A DNA stretch of 64,000 bases from Callorhinchus milii (taxonomy: Eukaryota). Shown piece by piece: positions 50,565-63,675 of the stretch (position 1 is the stretch's first letter; each line of letters starts with the position of its first letter). Under the pieces are notes generated by a model that had not been told where the DNA came from, ran no database searches, and saw only the letters and a list, made by a program, of their open reading frames with translations. The position numbers were made by a program, and so were the translations under genes. The DNA lies in the NCBI RefSeq assembly GCF_018977255.1, contig NW_024704767.1, positions 4,898,001 to 4,962,000 of the forward strand. Direction: 5' to 3'.

Positions 50565-51389
50565 CTGCAACAACCGATAAGAAAATGAAAAGATACGGTT
50601 GCAGACGATATATTGGCCAGGTGCTGCACTAACAGGAAAACTACAGGGATTATGCTGATTATGCCTTTTTTTAAGGAAAAGCAATTATTTTTCACACCAA
50701 TGTAATTTACGTCCTAGTAATTCCGAATCTGGTTAACAAAATTGTGCTTTTTGAAAATCCCTGTATGTTTTGTGAATCCAAATCTGCACAAAATATTCAT
50801 TACACAAGGATTACTCGTGGTTCTGAGGAACGCTCTGCATAAATACTCTGGACATGTAGAGCTCCCTCCTCTCCCAGTTTAACAATAAAAGCTTAACATT
50901 CAGGATTTTGTGCCAGGCTCCAGTTATAGTAATATATTATATTTGCTACTTTGTTATTCGTCTGAAACATCCCCTTAATAAGTAACCAAATTGCATGACT
51001 CTGTTGGCAGCAGATATAATGCAGCACTTTGCAAAATAATCTGATTTAATTGAATCACTTAACATCATAAAACCTTCCACCTCGATTACATTAAGTACAC
51101 AATTCTATAAAATACCATATTTCTGAAAGTCAAAGCTGATTGACTTGGCGTGGATTTGTAGCATTTTGTATTATTATTCTGAATATACACGTTTTTAATT
51201 TCCATTTCAAATCACTGCTATTTTCCCTGGGACTTTGTGTCAATGTCAACAATGCCTGAATAGTAAAATCTAATTAAACAAGATAAACACCTATTATTTC
51301 ATATTCCAATTGTTTACTTGTCCATCAGCTGGATGGCCTCTGGTGTAAATAAGTGTTTTCTAATGCTATTGCATTTCTGCATTCTACGC

Positions 51390-51860
51390 TATCGTATCAG
51401 ATTTCAGATTGGAAACTGACAATGGTTGAGCTGTCTACCTTATTGGTTCTTATATTCCCTCTTGTTGTGGATTCAGCAACAAACAGAAAAACTCTATTTT
51501 TTTTTCAAGCCATCTAACCTCTTCATGATTTTAAACACCTCTATTAGAGCCCATCTCAATCGTCTCAGCTTCAGACGGAGAAAGCTCTAACCTGTTCAAC
51601 CTCTCCCGATTGTTGTTCTTCTCTTGGTAACAACAACACAATTGCATTTATAGAGCGCCTTTCATGGTCGAGGGGTGGTGTAGGGGAGAGGGAAGGCAGA
51701 GAGGTGGGAGGGAGACCACGGAAGGGTCGAAGAGAAGGGTCTTGACACATCCTAGTGTAGTAAATCTACAACTCACTCTCCCCATCAGCACAATATCCTT
51801 CTTGGAAATTGATTTGCCTTCTAAATATTGGACACCCAGCATTGCAGTCTTAGAAACGTT
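51390..51860 (-). mobile_element. CR1 ORF2 C-terminal remnant split by an L2 insert
   Basis: KKDIVLMGRVSCRFT (~KDIxxLERVQRRFT) on one side of the insert, and ERLNRL...LRRLRWALIEVFKIMKRLD on the other. Confidence 0.75.
51628..51747 (-). mobile_element. L2 3' end with (GTT)n tail
   Basis: Minus strand: caagacccttctcttcgacc...catgaaaggcgctctataaatgcaattgtgttgttgtt. Confidence 0.75.
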
Positions 51861-52449
51861 TGTTTTGGGGTATTTCAATGACAATTTTCAAGGTAGTCTC
51901 AGAATTCATTTTTTGTACTGTCTCTTAGTTGCATCTTTGTACTTTTCTCCAGCTCAGATTCTCCAATCTGACAATTGATGGATGATCAATGAAATTCCAT
52001 TTCCATACAATCATTCTGTTAACTGCAGCTATTAGAATCATCACCAGATTTGCTTTTCCTTGAGGCAGTGGGAGTACTTTCTCTGAATCTCCCCAGATAA
52101 CCAGACATTGGAATCGATATGAGACCCACCTCCAGAACGTTTGATGAAATAGTTTGTACGTAGAGCAAGAATTGTTCAGTGTTAAAAGGAGTCTCAGACT
52201 CATAACATGAATCAATTTGGTAATAACTTCTGCGACATTATTCATCTATTTTAGCCTTAGGCATTCTTGACATTGTCCAAGCAATTTAGTCTGCTTTTTG
52301 AGCAGCAAACGCCTTTCTGTGATCTTCCTTTCTGCCTCCACCATGCAAAATAGTCTAAACTTTTGTCCCCTGCAATGGGCCTATGTTTATACTTAACTCC
52401 TATTCTTTTTTTGGCTAAAGACAGGATTAGAACTCCCTCACTCTCAATT

Positions 52450-52760
52450 CTTGATTCCAAGTAAACATCACCTGTGAATGCAGTTGGGGAAGTTGAGATT
52501 CATAATACCAAAGGGAGGTATTGATTGTGAATACCCTTCGTAGTGCAGTTTGAGCATGACTTCTTAAGGATCTGGTTTTAATTCAGTCAATTATGCAGCC
52601 CAGTATCTTGTTTGTCCTGTTTACTGTTGTGGTCTTTGAACCTCGTGAAAGACGAGTCAGTTAAAATTCCAAGTCTCTTTCAATATCTCCCTTAACAATG
52701 TGCTTAAAGAATATAACATAAATACTTGATATGTTAAGTGTTTTTTTAAAAAAAACTTGA
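52450..52760 (-). mobile_element. CR1 ORF2 remnant (post-RT region)
   Basis: Frameshifted ERDL(G)ILTDS...VNRTNKILGCI...KTRS.EVMLKL (~EKDLGVLVD...KANRMLGCI...SRSKEVIL). Confidence 0.65.
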
Positions 52761-54089
52761 TATCACAGTGGATCAATTTGTTCAAAACCTTTTTGATTCT
52801 AGGTGTTGATACGATAGCCAACATTTTCTGGTCTAGGCCAGGAGAATTAATCTACATTTGGTGCAATTTGTGGGGTAAAACCAGTTTGCGTTTTTCCATT
52901 ATCATTGCTCAGGCTTTGGTGTCTTTGAGTGCTCATAAATGTAGTTTTACTGAAATGAAAAGATGTTGGTATTATTCCAGACAATAGGATATGATTATGT
53001 TTACATAATTGACATGCAATACAAAAAAAAACCTCTGGTGTAGTAGAGGATGAAAGGAAAAAAGGTAAAAATTTGTCTCAGGATCACAAATTATGTGTGA
53101 TCTCTAATAAGGTGCCTCGAGCAAGGTAATTTTGGTTTCCCCATCTGTCCAAAGTATGTCTTTCATGTATTCTTTCTTAGTGTAGACAAACAAAGTAAAA
53201 GCTTTTAAACATCTCTTAATAGCACACACTTCAGTTTAGAAGGAAGCCTTACCTTTTTGGCATACACAAGCTATGTTTATACAGATCTGAAAAAATATGA
53301 ATGTTTTCTTAGCAATAAACACCAGCTGTGATGTGTTTGTTTGAAACTTACTTCACAATGATTCATAGCTTCTGCACCTTTCTCAGTTTCCAAAGGTTGA
53401 GTTTGAATGCATTTCTGCTATGCACAGACATTTGTGTCGTTTCCAAATAAAGTACGTCGTTTTTTTCTGCAGGTCTTGGGGTACAATTGTCCTATTTTCA
53501 GAATTCTAGTTTCCTACAAATCACACTTGCCTAGAAATAGGTTTATAACTACATTACATATTCAAAGGTGCCTAAAAGGATCTTAAATATGTCAACTATA
53601 GGAAGAGCATTATAAGAAGATTTTAAGAATTTGAAGTCTACAGACATTTACACGATACAATGAAATCACACATTTTAGAAATAAATGGGTAACCCATGTC
53701 CTCAAAAACGCACCATTAGACAGTGAAATGTATTCATTGTGTTGTCAAAATATGCATAGATTATATGGTAAGGTTTCAGACACTATATTTGCTATTGGCA
53801 ATTTTGGTATCAGAGTGCCTGGAGAAATTTGATTGCAAATGTGGAATTCTCTTGAGAGGAATAGCTTTTTAGTATGGAATTTAAAAAAAAGAATACATCA
53901 AAATAAGCAAGAAAGGACCTATGTGTTAATAAGTGTCCTAGATTCTCCCATTGCCATCTTAATTCAAAGGGAATCACATTTCTTATAATTTATAGTTCTT
54001 ATAATTTTTTTATAGGAGATTTGGCCTAATATTTAAGAATAAAAGTATCCTGCTGCTTGGGTTTAACATTTTAATTTAGTGTGTTTTTC

Positions 54090-54260
54090 AGCATCTCAGT
54101 GCTTATCTACCTTTAAATCTTACCTTTACATCTACCTCTTCAACCGCACCTCTGGTCCTCTCTCCCTCTCCTTCTCACTTGCCCGAGGTCCAATCACACC
54201 ACTGTCCAGCCCTCCTAGATTCTATATTGCATGAAGAGCATTATATAAATTGTTGTTGCT
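54090..54260 (+). mobile_element. L2 3' end remnant
   Basis: tctacctttaaatc...ctacctcttcaaccgcacctctgg...catgaagagcattatataaattgttgttg. Confidence 0.6.
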
Positions 54261-55537
54261 TGAGCTGAAAAACACAAATCCAAATCAGCCCAGAGAGAGA
54301 AATTTCTATAGCCATATCAGCAGTTTAAGGGTTAAATCGTAGCAACTGGAAACTGCACTTACCTTGAATCCTGAAACATCTGTCCCTGTAGAGGCTGTGC
54401 TTTGAGCTGCTCTTTATGATGGGCCTGTAGTCTGTCTCCCTCTTCACAGTAACTCAAGTCTCCTTTCCTGCTGCATTCGACGAGCTGAATGGGCTTTTCT
54501 TGTTCTGTGCTTTCCTTTGGATCACATGATTTGTCCTCGAGGGAAAACTACTGTCTGCTTCTTTATTTATTGCGCAGCAAAGTATTAAATCAGCATTGCT
54601 GTGTTAATATTTAATCTACAGAAAATAGAGAATATAACAATATTGCACATTTGTGCTTGACGCTGCGACGATAATGTAGTTTTACACTTCTAGCTGTTAG
54701 AACCAGTAGGTTATTATTACTCAGTAAGTTGCTGACCTTTTTGCAGAATGTTTGCAATTGCAAGGACTTTTCAGTTTCCAAGCCTATACACCACTGGGTG
54801 CAGTAAATGGAAACCGTGCTGAAAGATATTCACATATCTGAGCCTTCAGACCTCAAAGTTCTGAAAGAAACTGGGGAATGCCTCACCCGTAATTGCTAAG
54901 TCAGAGAGGTTCAGCTCCCATTGCATGTGTCAGTGCTTCTTCTGATTTGTTGTATTGTACACCATGGGCACTCCCATGAAATGCATTCTCAATCCTTCCT
55001 CCATGTAGAGCAACAAAATGATTTGGACTGCAACTTGTTAAAAAAAATACTCTCCACGGGTGAGGGTCAATTTTATTTTAACCATTGCAATTAATTCAGT
55101 TTCCGCAATGAATAATTAATGCATAAACTTCGCACATGTGGGACAGGTTAAATCATAATTCACAGCAGCCTGTATTAAATATTTTTTTATTACCACTGGA
55201 GCGATTTCACATCACTTCCAGAAGTAGAGGGAATTTAAGAGGGAAGCTTGATCTATACAACCAACTTCAAATCACTCTCATTGGGGGGTGGAGGGTAGGG
55301 ATTAGGAGAACCACTTCCAGGGCTCCACTAACCACTGCCAAGAGCTAGTTAAATGTTATTAAGTGCAACCAACTCTTTAAGAATAATCCTAAAAGCTGGA
55401 CGGCTCAAGAACTTTTAAAAGTTTGTTGTAATCAGTTGTAACATAACCAGATGTATACCATGATTGATGGCATTAATTCCATTCAGGACTAGGTTTTCCT
55501 ATCAGATCAGTGCCCCTGAAAGCTATTTTATAAACTA

Positions 55538-55740
55538 AATAAGAATTGTTGCATTTGATATAGGTCCAACAATGTCAAAATGTCACAAAGGGCATCACAG
55601 AGTTTTCCGTAAAGTGCAGCGAGCATAGGCAAACCCATCAGCCAACTTGCACACAGCAATGTCTCACAAACAGCCACAAAATGAATGGCCGATTTTATCT
55701 GGGATTTTGTTGGCCAGGATATCAGGAGAAACTCCCTTCA
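55538..55740 (-). mobile_element. DeuSINE-like 3' half
   Basis: ttgcatttgatatag...cagccaacttgcacacagcaatgtctcacaaacagcc...gttggccaggatatcaggagaaactccc. Confidence 0.8.
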
Positions 55741-55799
55741 TCATCTATTGTCTCCATTGTGGCCAGGGGAATGAGATGTACAATAGTAACACTTAAGTG

Positions 55800-56950
55800 A
55801 GTGTCAAAAATAACTCAACGAAGAGGAAAATAAAAATATGTGCTTTATTACTCTTCATTTAGCATTTAATGTCCATAACCTCTACAAATGAATGTTCTTT
55901 GGGAGTGATTTTGCCTCATTGTCACAGAATGTGGAAGAATTCCACTCTTAGGACAAAACTGTCAATTCATAAACCCAGGAACCAACATCAACCCATCAGG
56001 GTCCAGTTACATAGACTTCAAGACAACCAATCTCAGGAAATACAGCGAAGGTGTCAATATTTACTAGAATATATTACAACAACAAAGTGAAACAGAATTG
56101 TATAGTAAGCCAAGCAAAATCTCTGAGGTTCTCTTTATATTTGAAGCATAGCTTATATTCAACTAGAAATGGACACAGCTGATAATTTCCTTGCATATGT
56201 AAGTGAAATGGGCAATGGTTAGTCAGCATACAGTACAATATACAAATACAATTTAATTTACATTCATGTAGTTCCTTTCACATTAGATACATGCCTCAAG
56301 CACTTTACACTGCTGGCTGCGCACTTGTGCGGGGCAGTGGGAGCTGACTTGAAGTGGACTGAGATGAAAAATGCCTGTTCTTTTACTCCTAGTGTACAAG
56401 CGCTGTGGGACTCTACCCTGCATGAAAGGTGCTATATAAATGCAAGTTGTTGTTGTTGAAGTGTTCTACTGTTAAGGGGTGACTCTTCCAAATGGTGCGC
56501 CCAAGAACCGACAAAACTCACCATGAAGCAAGTTTCAGTGTCAGCAAATATCAGGCTTTAGGATTGCGATGCAACATACAAGCATTAAAACTGATTTATG
56601 TATAGCAAGTAAGAGCTCTCAGAAGAACATTACATTTTATCAACGTACAAGGAATCGAATTATCCCTGTCTATTTAATGTGTGGTAAAATATCTCTTGGA
56701 AATAATGCCCAAGATACTGCTGCCAGATTATGTGTTACCCACATTGTATTTGTATTTGTCCACATTAAAGATTGTAATAGACATAAAGACTTGCCACTTG
56801 GAGCATGAACACCACGATTGTTAACTTTAAACTTAACATCCCTGGAGCAAAAGAGTGATATACTGCATTCATCTGGTACCCAGAAGATTTCTACATATAG
56901 GAAACTGTAAAGACATGAAAGAATACACAAACCGCTCTACAAGAGCAGAA
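55800..56950 (+). mobile_element. Penelope-like fossil (RT C-terminus to GIY-YIG), interrupted by L2 tails
   Basis: HLMSI, IHKP, YIDFKTTNLRKYSEGV (~YLxFxSxHPxxHKxGV), IPVYLMCGKISLG...RL...H (~IPCxxCGKxYIGxT...RLxEH) in expected order. Confidence 0.4.
56370..56458 (+). mobile_element. L2-type tail with (GTT)n end
   Basis: aagcgctgtgggactctaccctgcatgaaaggtgctatataaatgcaagttgttgttgttg. Confidence 0.8.
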
Positions 56951-57707
56951 ATCATTTTTGTGACCAACAATCTGTTAGGCTGTATAGTTCCTAATTTGGA
57001 GGTATCTTTAACCTTGCTACCTTTCAGCACAGTCTTAAACTACCTACTGGTATTCATTTCCTGTTTAGGGTTACACATCTCTTTTTCCCCTTTAAAAGAC
57101 TTCAGTGATTTATTTCTTGGCTAAGCTGGGTAAAAAAAAACATTGAACTTCCATATGCTTCTAGTTCTGCAATGAATCTTTACTTCCTTGTTAGGCCTGT
57201 CTAATTTTCACACTTATCACATATGTGCTTTGAAGTAATCCAGAAATAGTTTTTGCTGGCTGGCAGCCACACTGAAAATTAGAGTACAAATATCAAACAA
57301 CAATGTTATTTAACAAACTAAAGCAAGTTGGGTGCAGAAGCTGGTCTAGATTAGGTTAACCAGAATATAAATCTCCATAATAGTAATTGACACGTGTGTA
57401 TTTCTGAAATGAGATGATAGAAAATATTCCATCTGTTTATCTGTACAACTCTCTTTTATTTAAACAAAACATAAAGCCCACCCATCATCACATAAAATAC
57501 AAGTGTATTAAGTTCAGGGCTGCTACAAACATCTTCCTTTTCTATATAATGGACCTGAACTTGAACTGCACATCACAATCAGTGTTTTGTATCTCTCATT
57601 TACAAAAGGTCCTCAGGTGAATTTACAGCCTGACAGAGGATTGGAATATTTCACTTGAACATGCACTGGAATGAGCCGCCCATATCTAAGGTACCAATGA
57701 TGTCTCA

Positions 57708-57860
57708 TAATAATATGAATCTTTGCAGAATTTGATATAGTCCTTTATGTCAGGAGGATGTCTCAGAACATAGTGTAAAGTCTAGTGACTGTGTATTTTG
57801 TTGGCCAATGTGGCATCAATGTGCGGACAGCATTGTCCCACCAACAGCCACCAAGTGAAA
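57708..57860 (-). mobile_element. Family A tail
   Basis: tttgatatagtcctttatgtcaggaggatgtctc...tgactgtgtattttg...cagcattgtcccaccaacagcc. Confidence 0.75.
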
Positions 57861-59009
57861 AACATGAATTCAACTTGTCCAATACTGAGTCAGTAACGAA
57901 ACAGTATCCAAACAATAATTAAAACTTCACTTGTACATTTTCTCTCTATTCTATTTCTCTTTTTGGAAAACGTTCTTATTCCTTGTTCTTTCAGAATTTC
58001 CAGTGAGTGGAAATGAAGATGTTCACAGCCCATAGAACAGTTTTGATGTGTGGGAACAGTGCTGAGTTGTTTGAAGCAGATGCATATCAGGAGATTTCTG
58101 GAGTAATACATTTCAAATCTTAGAACTGTAGTTGATTATTCATTTATATACCATTGAGAAATGCTCACTCTGTTGTAAATGTCCACTCGAATCTGCATAT
58201 GCTTTGATAATTTTTATTTTTACCATATGGAATCAGAACAGTTTTGAATCAAAGCAATTTATTGCTATGAGTGTGCAATGAAACTGAAATCTTTACAAGG
58301 TAAGATGTGCTCAAATATGTTCCATTCTCACCATACGGAGATCATTATTGGGTTAGATGTACAGCCAGAAAGACCAAAGAGCTGAATGGTCTTGATCATT
58401 ATCATGGACTACATACATTTTGGCAGACTACCAAGTCGATGAAAAGTCTGAATGGCTACTAAAGAAAGATTGGACTTGTGTATATTTACCTGAAGGTGGG
58501 TGTAGATTAAATTGTGGGATCTTATCAGTTTGCCTGCAGGTAAAACAGTCCATCTTACCCCCATGTGCCAACTGAGAAATGTTTTATAATCATCTAATAT
58601 CCATCTGGCAGGCTGGACTAATATAGAACTGAACAAAGCAGGCTGCACTGGTATCAAATGTCTTTAAGTGGCAAGGCAATTGATACCATTCTTTTCTATA
58701 TTAGTTATGATGCTGTTTTCTGTTATATTGTGTGTTGCAGTATTTCCATCGGACGCATTCTCTTTAACTTAAATTAAGTCGGTCTCAATTTTAGAAATAG
58801 AGAACTCGAACAATCCCATTGAACAACAATTGATTTCTATTTTACTATTTATACACGTGAAATAAAACATCAAAAGAATTATGTCTAAACATTTGCTGCT
58901 ACCAGGGGACAGACGAATTTTAAAAAATGTTCTCTCGAGATTAGAATGGCTTGACATAAGTGATGCACTAGATCGCACTGAACCACTTTGTAATTCTAAC
59001 TGTGCTGAA

Positions 59010-59148
59010 CAGCTATGTGCAATTGGCTGCTGCGTTTCACCCACAAATATACGGTCAATTCACTTTACAGCCTATTCTGTGAAGCGCTTTGAAACGCCGA
59101 GAAGACGTGAAAAGCGCTATATCAAGTGCAAGGATTATTATTATTATA
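59010..59148 (+). mobile_element. Young 5'-truncated family A tail
   Basis: gtgcaattggctgctgcgtttcacccacaaatatacggtcaattcactttacag...gaagcgctttgaaacgccgagaagacgtgaaaagcgctatatcaagtgcaagg(att)n. Confidence 0.9.
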
Positions 59149-62057
59149 TAACCGTTGAGACAGAAGACTGCAATGTCAGGCAATGTTAATGGCTACAATA
59201 ACTAACATATTTAATTTACAAATTCCAGAAACCCTGGTTGTTCACTGCACTTCCAGAGTTTTCATCAAATATATGTATGTGTACCAGCAATGACCGCTCA
59301 TTATAAGAGTTTTACCACCCACTATTTCCCGGTAAGACAACAGTTGAGTGCCAATGAAATAGCCACACAGTGCATCAGGTGGTTGGATAAGCGCCAAAAA
59401 TTAGATTTTGATCTAAGATAATTGAAACTGACTTTATATGAGTAGTTTTGCTTAAAGGTGTTTAAAACACTCCAGGAATTGCACTTGTGTATTAATAGCA
59501 CTACAAGTCAATTTAATAAAGTTTGCAATTTTCCCATAATTTTGATGCGCCTTTTGTCATTAGGCTGTTCAAACTACTTTAGTTGTAACTTCAGTATTTT
59601 CAAAGAACTTAGCTGAAAAGGTATGAAATTCAGAGATTGCTGCCGATCCAATTAAGAGTGCATAGCCCAAACCATTGCTAGTGCTTGTCACTGGTTTGGA
59701 GGTGAATAGGAATTGCCTGTTGCTGACCAAACTCTTAATCTCATTTATGAGAGCACTTCACTAATAAGGACATAATCCACCAGTCCGATAGACTGCCCAT
59801 ATTAGTACTTTTCCACTCTATAATCTCTGCCATTTACTGACTAGATAAATATATATTGAATTTATTCCTGTGTGTAAAAAAAGATAGATATTTTGCATTA
59901 AAAAAACGGATGGTCTGTTATGAAATATTTACTCCAGTAGTGAGGTTAACTGTCCTCATTTAACTATGAAGAAATGTACAGTTCTTAATGGGGACACTGA
60001 TGCTCATAAATACAGAGTCTTTTCATCCCAAGGTGACGTGCTTAGCACAGAATGTCGGAATTGAGTCAAACCTCTGTGGCGGTTTCGACGGCCTGGTTTC
60101 TGAGCCAGGCAAGTCCACAATACTTTAAGGCACTGTTGATGTCAAACTGGCTAGCCTATCTTGTTGACAGGACTTCGAGGGGTAAATTCGTTACATTCTT
60201 TCTACTCGGATCCTGTTAACCCTGCAAACCAAAGCCCTAATGAGAAGTCCTAGCTGGACAAGCAGCAGGAAGCTTGCCAGACAGTTCTCTCAATGACAAG
60301 TAATGTAGTTCATCCCAATAGCACACCCCACAGTGGGCACATTCTTATTACGATGGAGACAGTGTTATGACACTGTTTACATCGTAATAAATTAAGCCTA
60401 CATTATTTCACAGTATGTGGAATGGCAGTGCAAGAATATTACTAAATACAAAATCGATTCTGTTTCTCCAAACCTAATGAAATGTGGTTTATCATGAGGT
60501 ATTGTCACACTTTAGAAAATGTATCTGATAAACGCAGCATTGCTCTTCAATTTGTTGATGATCTGCATTTCATGATTGTCTGTGAATTCCCCAAGTGTAA
60601 AGATGGCAAAATATTTTGATGTGGGTAGGTAAAAAAAAGCAAGTGGTGATTATAGACTAGCATTCTGCAGTCAAGTTAGTTATCATTATCAATATCACTG
60701 AAAACCTGTGTAGTAGCAGGCGAGTTGAACACAGGTTTAACTGTAAGCGCAATAAACATTAACTAATTTAATTATCGTTCTGTATTGTGCTTTCAAAGAT
60801 CATTACTTCCATCCTGTACACTTTATGGATGAATTTATATCCTTGCTCTGTGTATTGTATCCAGTGCAGTTATATGCATATTTTGCTTATGTTAATACAC
60901 AGCTTTGGTATTTTATTAACCATGCTGCTCTTTGCATGCTTCCCAGTTGAAAACATAATTTTAATGAGGAAACTATGAATGTTTAATGAAGGTAAATGAT
61001 ACCCCCAGTGCAATAAATGGATGGATTTAGTTGTTTTTCACATACCCTAGAAAAGAATTTCTAAAGATGAATTGTTAGGGAGTTCTCACATATGCCTTGC
61101 ATTGTTGATGAATCAAGTGCAAACTCCCCTCTGAAACAAGCTGGGGACGTCTCCAAGAATACAAAAAGTAGAATGATGTGGTCTGGAAGAATAAATGGGA
61201 CCATTTTAAGGTAAGCTAATGCAACTGGTTTGAGCCCACATTCACCTGCCCAAATTACACAAGAGGAGATGGAGCAATTTCTGCTTGTTTCAAAGCCAGT
61301 CAAAGAAGTTCCAGTGGCTTGTCCTGTCTTTGCAATTTCCATCACAGAAAACCTTTGCCTTTTCCCTATCTAACCTCCACTTGCCCCTTTTCCAAAGTGT
61401 AGCCAAGTTACTGCTTTATGTAGAGAATTGTAAGCCCTGCCACCCTGTGGCATACTGAACTGGTACACCTGTCTGCTCCTCACCAAGCAAACCTGTGCAC
61501 TGTATTATGTTTAATGGTATAGTGGCCCACTGTGGATCATACTGGCACAAGCCACTTGAACATCTGATTTGCTTTGAAACATTGTTTAATGGTTTCACAT
61601 TTATGTTTAAGAAAACGCACATCAATTGTTTTAATTGATAATATTGAAGTTTGTGACGTTATTCTTTGTATTTAATCTCTTTGTTGTTGAGAAGCCCATT
61701 GGTAGCCATCAGCTTAGTGCACTGGGGTCTCTGTTACATTTGTGGGTGATATACAACAAGGGATAAAATTCATTAGCAAGGCAGTAAAGAGCTCAGAAGC
61801 TGAATAATTGAAAAGATACAAGGTAAGTCAGACAATCAAGAAAGGGAGTCAATAAAGAAAAACAGAAGTTATTGTTAATTGACTAGAATTTCATAAGAAG
61901 CGCCGAGAATAATATTTTCACTGTTACTTTGACGATTATTAAAAAAAGCTGACCAATTCTCAATGAGCCTTCTGTGAACTAAGTTGATTTGTATAATTCA
62001 GTTGCGCTGTCAACATGGATTGAAATAGCAGTGAGCATGCTTTGTGGAGCCTAACGA

Positions 62058-62270
62058 TACAACATTTATACAGTTTAATGTCTTGGGAGTGTTTCACTGG
62101 GACGGTGTCAGATGCCGAACAAGAGAGGAGGGTAGATTCTTAGTGGCACATAAAGATTGATAGAGCGTGAAGCAGGGTGAGCAGAGGTGTAGAAGGAGGG
62201 ATTTCCAAAGGGTCAGGGAAATCTTTGATATGAAAAATGGCAGGCTTGTATAATAGTGGACTGTGGGAGA
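62058..62270 (-). mobile_element. L2 3' end remnant
   Basis: acaacatttatacag...gatgccgaacaagagagg...gaaggagggatttccaaagggtcaggg. Confidence 0.4.
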
Positions 62271-62979
62271 AATAACAGTTGCTTATAATAATATGGCAAT
62301 AACATTTCTAGCGTTTCATAATGTCCTTGATGGGATCATATCAAACACATCATAACACTCTCAATGTGATCACATTGAACATATTACAAGATGCATTCCT
62401 GTTCCTTAATTCTCACCGGGGTTAGTCCCCTCCCCACCACCTTTACTCTTGCTGGATCTTCCTTTACTCCTGACTGGGTTCATTTGAGGTCTTTAAGCAG
62501 TGGCAGAGTGCTGGTTGACAGGAATACAGACTGAATTAAATCTGAATGCTTTGAACCATACAACAGCATTTATCCAGGCCTTGTTTACATGGCATTAATG
62601 GATTAACTCCACTTTAACGGCATCGGGAAACTATATTGATATCATGCCAGACAATTATGAAACTGTCTCACCGTGTTACAACAATAAATAGTTACCATCT
62701 GCTCTTAGCAACAAAAAATCTGATTTGAGTGATATTGCTGGAGTATAAATACAGTGTGTAGACTTCACTGAAACTAAAGCGTTTTAATGTGAGTGTCGAG
62801 CATTGTCTTTCTAGTAATATTGCTGTTGCCAATGTTAACTGCCCGAGAGCATCCATGTGAAGAATGCATGAATGTGGGCTGGAGAGGCAGTGGATGGAAC
62901 GTTAGAGACAGAGTGAGTGGGAGGCGAAAAGTAATTTAGCACCAACTATAATATGAAGAAGTGCTGAAATTTGAAAGAG

Positions 62980-63270
62980 ACAGAGCAGCAAGGTATGAGA
63001 GAAAGGCACAGAGGAGCAGAAAAAAAACATATGCTCAATTAGTACAAATACCCTGGAGAAAACTCAGCAAAGGGAAAAGCACAGGGTAAGGAAATGGGTG
63101 TGGGTGGGTGGTGAGGGAGATGGAACCAATTCTGGGATTAAGAATATTGTGTGGAACCAAATTAATATTGTAAAGAAAATAATGGGAAATGAGACTTTAG
63201 CTTAAAAGACAAGAGAGAAAACTTGAATGAAACAGACAAAGGATAGGGATGTAGAAAAAGAATGAATAAC
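62980..63270. repeat. Purine-rich low-complexity tract
   Basis: Strong A/G skew on + strand with gggtgtgggtgggtggtgaggg. Confidence 0.5.
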
Positions 63271-63539
63271 TTGTGAGAGGCGTTTAAATATAATTGAGAT
63301 TGCATCCAGTGCGCTGGCAGTGAAGTACTTTAATCACTGTGATAGATAAATCACGAGTTGCAAAGGATGAGTGGCTTGTCACATATTTCTCTAATGTTAA
63401 TTTCTCTGGTGTTAATGTTATGCTCTCCTTATTAAATTGGTGCTTTTAAAATATGTATATTTAAACATGTTATACATAAAATGTGTTCTACATAAACCCC
63501 TTTGTATCCTAGGATCTAGATATACTAAACAATGGAATA

Positions 63540-63675
63540 GGGCATTGTAAGTGGCTGCTGGTTTATATCCATTTCATCTACAAAATACAGTCAAATCACA
63601 GTAAAGTCTGTGAAGCGCTTTGAGACGTCTCGAAGACGTGATAAAGCATTATATCAAATGCAAGGATTATAATAA
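63540..63675 (+). mobile_element. Family A tail
   Basis: tgtgaagcgctttgagacgtctcgaagacgtgataaagcattatatcaaatgcaaggattat. Confidence 0.9.

Noticed and set aside
50369-50695. Three overlapping ORFs suggesting a coding exon
   Set aside because: No recognisable protein; all minus-strand frames stop within the splice-bounded segment. Kept only as a non-coding exon candidate.
54651-54672. ttgtgcttga resembling the start of miR-218
   Set aside because: Diverges after 10 nt and no precursor hairpin is visible.
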